This document shows, one piece after another, positions 36,062 to 42,158 of a DNA stretch of 42,158 nucleotides. Below the pieces are notes generated by a model. That model had not been told where the DNA came from and did not search any database. It saw only the letters and a program-made list of their open reading frames with translations. Location: the IMG/VR virus record IMGVR_UViG_3300033493_000003, positions 1 to 42,158 of that record, one strand, 5' to 3'. Position numbers and translations under genes: made by a program. The DNA is from a virus (lineage: Duplodnaviria > Caudoviricetes). Position 1 is the stretch's first letter; every line of letters begins with the position of its first letter.

Positions 36062-37501
36062 TTAGTACCCCGTAACGTGGTTGCGCGTGGACTGATGATA
36101 CCGGTCGTCAGCCTCGTCGTCCTCAACCGGTATGCCGGCTGGGAACAGGATTGTAGCCGGATACTGCCCGGCATCGTGGATGTGACTATACTCGTTTTTT
36201 GCCGGATCAGATCGGAATATTCCGGTGTTACCAATTTCCGGATATGCATAGCCCCCCTCAAATCCATCGATCACCCGCGTACAGCCGGGATCTACCAGCA
36301 GCGCTGGCTGGCCGTGGACCGCACGGGTCAGCCTGCCGGCCACGGACTCACGGCGGATCTTGAAACCCTGCAGCCCGTCCTCGATCGAAATGCCCGTAGC
36401 CTCACGGATATACTGAGCTGGGCTGCCCTTGAGGCTGTCCCGGATCTTACCGGCTGGATCACCGATATCGCGGTACTCAGTGCCAGCTGGAAACGTCTCT
36501 GCGCACCAGGTGTGAACGGCCAGAGCAAAATCGATTATGCCCTCGTCTGACCCGCAAAACTCACGGACCCAGAACCACTGCCCCAGGGTGTTGAGGTAGG
36601 TTATCACACAGGCTGGGGACAGACCGGTATTGTCCCATCCCCTGATGATCAGCCTACCCATTTCGGCCCCTGCGATAGCTATAGGTAGGAGTGGGGCGGT
36701 AGCAACGTGAGTTGTGCGGTCGAACTCAGGATAAACTAGACGACCCCGCACCGTAACGCCCCACTCCCCGCGTACCAGCGTCCTCAGGAGGTCCGGACGG
36801 TCGGCGTAGTCTTTTTCTAGGTCGGTGTAATATCCGGGCCGTAGGTTGTGTGCGTTCTCTACCTGATCCTGCTCGTAGATCGTGTAGCCTTCAATGGGGT
36901 GGGCGACAAAATTGCGATACAGCCAGTGCTCTGTGCTGGGGTAGTTGGTGGTCAAAAGCACCTGGACCGGGCTGAGAAACGGATTGACGCCTCCGAAATC
37001 CTTGACCGCTGGATAGCGCCCAACGCGCCCCAGAAGACCCTTGACGACGGCGTGTACCACCTCCCGCGCCTCGTCCACCCACGCCCCCGTTAGTTCAAGA
37101 GATAGCAGTTCCCTGACGTCCGCCTCAGACTCTAGGGGCTTAAAAATTAACTCAATCTCCCGATCGTCCAAGCGCATCATGTACGATTTGCGATCCTGGA
37201 CGTAGGCCGCCCGGCCTTCTACCCCCGCCCCGAATACCGAGGGGGGAAACCAGTCCATAACGGTCCGCAGGGTAGTGTCTCGCAGCTCCGGCCAGGTGTT
37301 ACGGACGATAGCGAACCGGCTGCGACGGATACCATCGCGGTCAGGCCGTACTCGCTTGCTCTGGAGCATAATCACATCGTAGGCCGCGCTACTCGATTTC
37401 CCCGTACCAAACGGCCCGATCAGGAGTTTTGCGCGGCTTTTACGGTCGGCGTGGAACCGCTTACTGACTGGCCCGCAGTTGTAGCGTAGTTCATACTCCA
37501 C
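36062..37501 (-). CDS. terL: Terminase large subunit
   Basis: GPFGTGKS, RFAIVRNT, LELTGAWVDEA, GWDNTG, GDPAG, SHIHDAGQY. Confidence 0.9.
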   Translation of the reverse strand: MEYELRYNCGPVSKRFHADRKSRAKLLIGPFGTGKSSSAAYDVIMLQSKRVRPDRDGIRRSRFAIVRNTWPELRDTTLRTVMDWFPPSVFGAGVEGRAAYVQDRKSYMMRLDDREIELIFKPLESEADVRELLSLELTGAWVDEAREVVHAVVKGLLGRVGRYPAVKDFGGVNPFLSPVQVLLTTNYPSTEHWLYRNFVAHPIEGYTIYEQDQVENAHNLRPGYYTDLEKDYADRPDLLRTLVRGEWGVTVRGRLVYPEFDRTTHVATAPLLPIAIAGAEMGRLIIRGWDNTGLSPACVITYLNTLGQWFWVREFCGSDEGIIDFALAVHTWCAETFPAGTEYRDIGDPAGKIRDSLKGSPAQYIREATGISIEDGLQGFKIRRESVAGRLTRAVHGQPALLVDPGCTRVIDGFEGGYAYPEIGNTGIFRSDPAKNEYSHIHDAGQYPATILFPAGIPVEDDEADDRYHQSTRNHVTGY

Positions 37502-37895
37502 AGATGTCCTCCGGATCCTGATCGTCTACGTTGGTCACATGGTTGATGGTCACGGTAGTCTTTCCGTCCACCTGCACCCGCTCCCCGTAGATTTTCCGGC
37601 CTAGTTTGCTGGCCCTCCAGCGGAAATGTGAAGCCAGCTCCCGAGCCCGCGTTATGTCCCCCTGGGTGGCGTCGCTAGGGATGGCCGCCAGCACGTCCTG
37701 AGCCATGGTGTCCCAGGCAAACGCCCCCTTAGCCCGGCTCTCGGCGACGCGTGCGGATCTACCCTGATCGGCGGCTATCCACCGGCACAAATCGGTGTCG
37801 GAGCCACCCACCTCATCGGCGATGTGTTTGTACATCATCCCCGACTCTAACCGCCCGCAAACCCAGTCTATGCCAAAATGATCCCAATAACTCAT
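37491..37895 (-). CDS. terS: Terminase small subunit
   Basis: HTH-like N-terminus; RARELASHFRWRASKL..KIYGER; upstream of terL; start re-called at ATG 37895. Confidence 0.75.
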   Translation of the reverse strand: MSYWDHFGIDWVCGRLESGMMYKHIADEVGGSDTDLCRWIAADQGRSARVAESRAKGAFAWDTMAQDVLAAIPSDATQGDITRARELASHFRWRASKLGRKIYGERVQVDGKTTVTINHVTNVDDQDPEDICGV

Positions 37896-37901
37896 AGCCA
37901 C

Positions 37902-37930
37902 AGGGTACGCGGGGGCGTTGGAATTGTCAA
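37902..37930 (-). promoter_or_regulatory. Putative late-operon promoter
   Basis: TTGACA-17 nt-TACCCT, 6 nt before terS ATG. Confidence 0.5.
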
Positions 37931-38290
37931 CATACCCTATACCACCCAGTACGAATAATCTGTAAGGGTGCAATGATTTCGGGGGGTTAGCTAATTCACC
38001 ACCCACATAGGTAGAACTACCCAAATGGGTTAACTAACCTACTGTTTTTATTAACTATTTCTACTACTATACCCTATACTTTTATTAAATAGTAAAAAAG
38101 GTGGGGGTATATATAGTATACGTATTATATGGTAATACGTATATATCGTATAATAGAAAGTGTTAATGGAGGGGGGAATAGCGCATCTGTTCTGGGTACC
38201 CGGGTAAAGTGACTTATCCATTTGGTATCGTTACGCTTTTTCGCCCCAGAACGTCCGGGTACCCTACTGGGTACCGGGTATGTAAAATAG
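37930..38290. other. Candidate replication origin / pac region
   Basis: Non-coding, strongly AT-rich core with repeated GGGTA/TACCC and GGGTACCC palindromes between divergent operons. Confidence 0.45.
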
Positions 38291-38293
38291 GTG

Positions 38294-38322
38294 TTGACGG
38301 GGGCCACGGTGTCTGGTATACC
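38294..38322 (+). promoter_or_regulatory. Putative early promoter
   Basis: TTGACG-17 nt-TATACC. Confidence 0.5.
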
Positions 38323-38367
38323 GATTTCAGGTAATAACGCCCGCTAACAATTATAGAGGTTATAAAC

Positions 38368-38676
38368 ATGGATTATTTGTTAAAAAACATCGACCCTGAT
38401 CTTTGGAGGGCCTCCAGGTCGTACGCCGCCACCCATGGTGTGACTATCCGCTCGTTGATCCTGGGTGACCTCGCGTGCCGGATTGGCCGGCACCATCCCG
38501 GCGTCACCCCCGTACCTGGCGGCCCGACCCCCATCCCCGCTGGCTCACCGCCCCCGCTTAACGGCCGCCAGTTACTCCCGGCTCGGTCGGTGCTGCCGCC
38601 TTGCCCGGTCGCCGATACCCCTGTTTGCCCTGGCCGTGGGGCCTGCGAGTGGCGGCGAAATTATCATTGCAATTAG
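38368..38676 (+). CDS. Arc/RHH-like DNA-binding protein
   Basis: YLLKNIDPDLWRASRSYAATHGVTIRSLIL; GAGG SD. Confidence 0.65.
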   Translation: MDYLLKNIDPDLWRASRSYAATHGVTIRSLILGDLACRIGRHHPGVTPVPGGPTPIPAGSPPPLNGRQLLPARSVLPPCPVADTPVCPGRGACEWRRNYHCN

Positions 38677-38775
38677 CCAACGCTGGCTATATACTGTAAT
38701 CGGGGGGTCGGATAATAGACGCGCCACAAAACTAGCCCACCGGAAACCGCGTGGAGCCGCGGTTGCCACCATGAC

Positions 38776-38864
38776 GCCGAACGCCTAAATTAAGCCGACG
38801 CCTCCACCGGCCTTGGCTAAAAAATCCGATGCTTCCCGGCGTCGGCTTGAATTTTTTGTTAGTC
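38776..38864 (-). mobile_element. attC: attC-A
   Basis: Minus strand: GACTAAC-AAAAA-ATT(C)AAGCCGACGCC...GGCGTCGGCTTAAT-TTAGGC-GTTCGGC. Confidence 0.9.
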
Positions 38865-38907
38865 TGGCCGGCCTCGGATTTATTTTGATTTATGTGCATC
38901 TTTTTTC

Positions 38908-38945
38908 TTGTGCTTTATTTTTGATTATGGTAAAACAATAATCAA
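38908..38945 (+). promoter_or_regulatory. Cassette promoter with palindromic operator
   Basis: TTGTGC-17 nt-TAAAAC; TTGATTAT-N9-ATAATCAA (38921-38945) straddles the -10. Confidence 0.6.
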
Positions 38946-38987
38946 GAGGGAGGCAATAACGCCAACCGCAAAACAGGAGGAAAGACC

Positions 38988-39284
38988 ATGAAGGCACTGA
39001 CAGGTAACACCTACCCGGTAAAAGACCAAATCAAGGCCCTGGGCGGAAAGTGGGATGGAGACAAAAAGGCGTGGATGATTCCAGACGGAAAGTTTGACCA
39101 GGCTTCCAAGCTGGTGGCAGGCGCCCCCAAAAGCGCTGCATCAGGCAAAAACTTCTCCCCTAAGAAGTGCGTCATTTGTGGGCATATCGAAAAAAGGGAC
39201 TCCCGGGGCTATCCAGACCCGGACAGAATTTTGAAGTCCGGCGAATGCGTGAGCTGCTACGAAGAAAGAAAAATGGGGTATTGA
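38988..39284 (+). CDS. Hypothetical phage protein (DUF5710-like N-terminus plus CxxC pairs)
   Basis: GNTYPVKDQIKALGGKWD...AW; CVIC/CVSC; AGGAGG SD. Confidence 0.75.
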   Translation: MKALTGNTYPVKDQIKALGGKWDGDKKAWMIPDGKFDQASKLVAGAPKSAASGKNFSPKKCVICGHIEKRDSRGYPDPDRILKSGECVSCYEERKMGY

Positions 39285-39285
39285 G

Positions 39286-39564
39286 ATGGAATACAAATAC
39301 GAATACCACAACATTGACGGGCAAGGGGATGTAAAGCGGCGGGTTTACCACGTAGGCGTAAGGCCTGGAGCTATGGACTATTGGGGATCGGTGACAGATA
39401 TCCCGTGCCCGGTTTGTGAGTCCGGGAATATCCAGTGGGCCGAGGCTGGGTATGTCCCCGGCTACCGGGTGTGCAATAAATGCCACCGTCATTTTTTGGC
39501 AGGCGGCAACAGTGAGGACCCGAAATTGATCACGACGGGGCGCAGGAGAAAGTATGGCCGGTGA
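39286..39564 (+). CDS. Zinc-ribbon hypothetical protein
   Basis: CPVC...WAEAGYVPGYRVCNKC. Confidence 0.7.
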   Translation: MEYKYEYHNIDGQGDVKRRVYHVGVRPGAMDYWGSVTDIPCPVCESGNIQWAEAGYVPGYRVCNKCHRHFLAGGNSEDPKLITTGRRRKYGR

Positions 39565-39763
39565 CAAGTTGACCGGGCAAGGAGGCCCTGGGCGGGGGCA
39601 AGGGAGAAAAGAGGTTACCCCCGCCCTCAAGAAAATATCACGGGGCGTTCGTCTATCGGCTTGGGTGTGGGTCTGGCTGAAAACGCAAGAGCAGAGCGAA
39701 GGGGCGTTGCTGGAAGAGGCCTTGATTTCTAGGCACGAACTCAAACCGCCCCCGGCAGACTAA
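39554..39763 (+). CDS. Small RHH-like DNA-binding protein, last gene of cassette
   Basis: GRGQGRK hook followed by beta-alpha-alpha pattern; stop TAA lies in core GACTAAC. Confidence 0.7.
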   Translation: MAGDKLTGQGGPGRGQGRKEVTPALKKISRGVRLSAWVWVWLKTQEQSEGALLEEALISRHELKPPPAD

Positions 39764-39848
39764 CGACCAAGGCAACCTGCACCGGCCAATGAAGGTGCAG
39801 AAATAAGAAACGGCGGCTCCCGGTGTCAGGTTAGCCGCCTTGTTAGTT
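39758..39848 (-). mobile_element. attC: attC-B
   Basis: Minus strand: AACTAAC-AAGGC-GGC(T)AACCTG(A)CACCGG...CCGGTGCAGGTTGCC-TTGGTC-GTTAGTC. Confidence 0.9.
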
Positions 39849-39889
39849 TTCTGGTTTGCGAAAAAACAACAACATGCCTATTTGTTTTC

Positions 39890-39917
39890 TTGACATTAAA
39901 TACCGATAGAGTAAAAT
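39890..39917 (+). promoter_or_regulatory. Strong sigma70-like cassette promoter
   Basis: TTGACA-16 nt-TAAAAT. Confidence 0.7.
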
Positions 39918-39988
39918 AGGCTTAAATGCTGGTGATTGGCACCGGCTTCCACCTCACCGCCCCACGGGCACAGAAAAGGAGAACTACC

Positions 39989-41266
39989 ATGCAGACCTAC
40001 GAGATTGAGAGCATCGAGCAATTACGGGACTACGAGATGGCAATTGCCGTGCCGACTGACCAGGAGATGGCCCTGGCCCGCGTCCGGGAGCTGTCCCGGA
40101 TTTGCGGACGCAGCCAGGAGGCCAGGAGCTACTGGCTACAAGTCTGCCCCCGGACTGATGGGGATGACGATCTGACCTTAGAGGAGGCTGAAAAGTGCGC
40201 CTCCGACCTGGCCAGGCTGAAAGGGTGGATGACCTGCGCCGCCGCCTTGCGCCTGCCCGGAGGTATTTCACTGGCCGAGCATTTCCGGCCCGAACCCCAT
40301 TACCGACCGGGGTACTACGGTAACCCAAACGTACCGGTGGGGACAAGCCCCCACAAGCTGCATCGGTGGGCGTGGGCGGTATACCGCCGAGCCTGCGAAA
40401 TACTCCGCCCCTACGGCTGGAGCCCGAGCCGGGCGGCGGTTGGTGCCGCTGTTATTTCACACGGGCTGCGGAGAGTGGGACGCGTGGCCCTGCAAGTGGC
40501 CGCGGCCAGTCTGCCCAAGATGTTTGGTGGCGGGTTGGCTTGTATCGCCGCCCACGGGGATAATAGCCCTGACTGCCTGCCCAGGCTGAGTGATAGCCGG
40601 AAAGTTTTGGTGGCTGCCCGGGGCTGGAAAGCACTCCGCCGCCGGTGGGCGCACGATTTGGCGGTAATTGCCACTACCTGCCACCTGGTAAGGGGTGGCG
40701 CTACTTTGGCAGAGGCCGAAGGCGAGGCTGTAGAGCTGTACTACTCCGCCGACCTGACTCTTGACGAGGCCGGTGTAATCCGTGGTCGTGCCGTGTGGTC
40801 CAGGCATGGAATCAAGGTTTACCGGTGCTGGCAGTGGACCGACCACCGAACAGGACTCCGCCGGCTGGTAACTGCCATGCAGGACGTAGAGCCCAGGGAC
40901 TCCAGCCGGTGGGATTGGCGGCAGGTTTGGCTAGTAGCCGGGACGGCAGGCCAGACGTACCACTCGACAGGGTGGGACAACACCAGGATGGCGCGGGAGG
41001 CCCTGGAGGCCTGGGGTGAGCAGCGAAAGGCAGCCCGCAAGGTTGCGCGGGCCGAGGCCGATATTTTGGCCACCTTGCACCCGCAAGGGCCAGCGATGGT
41101 AATAGTCCGGCTGGACGATAGCCTTCGGGCTGGTAACTGCGAGCCTGGCTCCAGGTATTGGGCCAGCCAGCATGGCTACCACGGGGCTATGCCGTATGCT
41201 GTGGCGGCTAGATACGCCGCCGATGACCACCGCGTGGCCCGGGTGCTGGCAGGGGTGGGAGCATGA
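39989..41266 (+). CDS. Large hypothetical phage early protein
   Basis: AAGGAG SD before ATG 39989; C-terminal DSLRAGNCEPG motif. Confidence 0.75.
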   Translation: MQTYEIESIEQLRDYEMAIAVPTDQEMALARVRELSRICGRSQEARSYWLQVCPRTDGDDDLTLEEAEKCASDLARLKGWMTCAAALRLPGGISLAEHFRPEPHYRPGYYGNPNVPVGTSPHKLHRWAWAVYRRACEILRPYGWSPSRAAVGAAVISHGLRRVGRVALQVAAASLPKMFGGGLACIAAHGDNSPDCLPRLSDSRKVLVAARGWKALRRRWAHDLAVIATTCHLVRGGATLAEAEGEAVELYYSADLTLDEAGVIRGRAVWSRHGIKVYRCWQWTDHRTGLRRLVTAMQDVEPRDSSRWDWRQVWLVAGTAGQTYHSTGWDNTRMAREALEAWGEQRKAARKVARAEADILATLHPQGPAMVIVRLDDSLRAGNCEPGSRYWASQHGYHGAMPYAVAARYAADDHRVARVLAGVGA

Positions 41267-41454
41267 TCCCCACCGAAGAGTTGACCCCGGAGTTGGCCCG
41301 ACAGCTCCTCATGGGCGGAGACCTTGACCGGGAAGAACTCGCCAAGCTCAGGAGGCGAATTGAGGACCTATTGAGAAAGTCCCCGGCCACACTTTACCGC
41401 GTGGCCGGGCAACTGGCAGCAGACGGGGAAATAAGGATTGACGACCTGATTTGA
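41263..41454 (+). CDS. Hypothetical protein
   Basis: ATGA coupling; LRRRIEDLLRK. Confidence 0.7.
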   Translation: MIPTEELTPELARQLLMGGDLDREELAKLRRRIEDLLRKSPATLYRVAGQLAADGEIRIDDLI

Positions 41455-41459
41455 CCCAT

Positions 41460-41636
41460 ATGACCGAGAAAAAACGAAATCCAGGGCGTCCGCACGGCAC
41501 CACAAAAGACCGTGTGAAAATCGGCACCACGATCAGCCGTATAAATGCGGAGTGGATCGCCGAGCAAAAAAAGCGGGGCAAGGCAATTTCTTTTTTGATA
41601 GATGCAGCATTGAACAAGCTGCGGGAAGAAAACTAA
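41460..41636 (+). CDS. Small RHH-like DNA-binding protein, last gene of cassette
   Basis: PGRP hook, RVKIGTTIS strand, ISFLIDAAL helix; stop TAA lies in core AACTAAC. Confidence 0.75.
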   Translation: MTEKKRNPGRPHGTTKDRVKIGTTISRINAEWIAEQKKRGKAISFLIDAALNKLREEN

Positions 41637-41718
41637 CGCAGTAATCACTTGCCGCCCTATGACCTGACCCCGTAGGGCAACAGAGCTTCTTGCGGTCAAG
41701 TGGATTTAATTGTTATGC
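41631..41718 (-). mobile_element. attC: attC-C
   Basis: Minus strand: GCATAAC-AATTA-AAT(C)CACTTG(A)CCGC...GCGGCAAGTGATT-ACTGC-GTTAGTT. Confidence 0.88.
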
Positions 41719-41891
41719 AATTATTCAGATATATTGACGGTATGCTGGTTGGGTTTTGTTTTAATTCCCTTTTGATGCGTTTGACGGGGAAAATCCCGAT
41801 GCACGACATTGTCTATCCCGCTGCAATATTTTCATGCGGAGTGGTTTTAATTTGCGTACGCTTGTATAAAGACAATCGTTCTGCTGTATAA
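41715..41891 (+). CDS. 58-aa two-TM membrane protein filling a whole cassette
   Basis: ATG inside GTTATGC box, TAA inside GTATAAC box; two hydrophobic segments; no clear SD. Confidence 0.55.
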   Translation: MQLFRYIDGMLVGFCFNSLLMRLTGKIPMHDIVYPAAIFSCGVVLICVRLYKDNRSAV

Positions 41892-41908
41892 CAAGGAGAT
41901 ATACAGAA
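41886..41908 (-). mobile_element. attC: attC right-arm remnant; core GTTATAC starts the array
   Basis: Minus strand TTCTGTATAT-CTCCTT-GTTATAC; 6/7 match to R'' GCATAAC of attC-C. Confidence 0.45.
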
Positions 41909-41910
41909 AG

Positions 41911-42158
41911 ATGATCTGCCCACACTGTAAAAAACCAATCAACCCCGCCGCCGAGATGGGCCGCTCTCGGTCGGCCCGTAAAACCGAGGCATCCCGCCGG
42001 AACGCTTCCGCCCCCCGCCTACATGTGACAGAGGAACAGGCCGGCATAATGCTGTCCGCATACCACTACGGCAACAGCACGGCCCGTAACCGCGCCCTGG
42101 AGCGTGGGGGGTACATCATTAACGGCCAGCTGACGGACAAGGGGCGCACGTACGCCGA
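41911..42158 (+). CDS. Small phage protein (95 aa, MICPHCKKPINPAAEMGRSRSARKTEASRRN...), continues across the circular junction to TGA at 189-191
   Basis: AAGGAG at 41893-41898; in frame through the overlap; stop overlaps next ATG (ATGA 188-191); absent from ORF track because split. Confidence 0.75.
   Translation, partial: MICPHCKKPINPAAEMGRSRSARKTEASRRNASAPRLHVTEEQAGIMLSAYHYGNSTARNRALERGGYIINGQLTDKGRTYA
42008..42158 (+). repeat. Terminal direct repeat / circular assembly overlap (copy 2)
   Basis: Matches 1-151; an ORF reads in frame across the junction. Confidence 0.95.

Larger units (their letters stand above)
38776..41908 (-). mobile_element. Integron-like gene cassette array 2 without integrase, attC top strand = -
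   Basis: Three intact attC plus one half-site; cassette ends complementary over 11 nt, 9 nt and 6/7 nt. Confidence 0.88.

Noticed and set aside
15769-37093. Numerous plus-strand ORFs within the virion module
   Set aside because: Antisense shadows of GC-rich minus-strand genes with no SD or motifs
38465-38788. 107-aa ORF ending in attC-A
   Set aside because: Largely overlaps the RHH gene and lacks a good start; only its 3' end may be a cassette remnant, and no matching R'' was found
1-42158. Integron integrase, lysogeny integrase or reverse transcriptase (DGR/retron)
   Set aside because: No ORF shows tyrosine/serine recombinase or RT motifs that I can recognise; HMM confirmation still needed

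Overview
The window looks like a complete (~42.0 kb, circularly assembled; 151-bp end overlap) dsDNA tailed-phage genome. It has a P22-like podovirus virion/packaging module on the minus strand (terminases, portal, GroES-like co-chaperonin, scaffold, capsid, gp4/gp10-like tail hub, ejection proteins, holin/lysozyme, tailspike). It also has a replication module (NrS-1-like primase-polymerase/SF3 helicase, VRR-NUC, SF2 helicase, DUF2800 exonuclease, DUF2815 SSB, family A DNA polymerase). No integrase, reverse transcriptase, tRNA or CRISPR array was recognised. The most striking feature is that both accessory regions (4.5-8.0 kb and 38.8-41.9 kb) are integron-type gene-cassette arrays. I read nine intact attC sites, one damaged site and three half-site remnants, with each cassette's 5' GTT core matching the R'' box of its own attC, but no intI gene. 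Almost all cassette genes are phage-like and lie antisense to the cassette, co-oriented with phage transcription. Several end in the TAA of the core site, and three cassettes are self-contained promoter-cargo-repressor units. The working hypothesis is a phage that uses host integron integrase in trans to shuffle its accessory genes. All family assignments are from motif recognition by eye; no searches were run.
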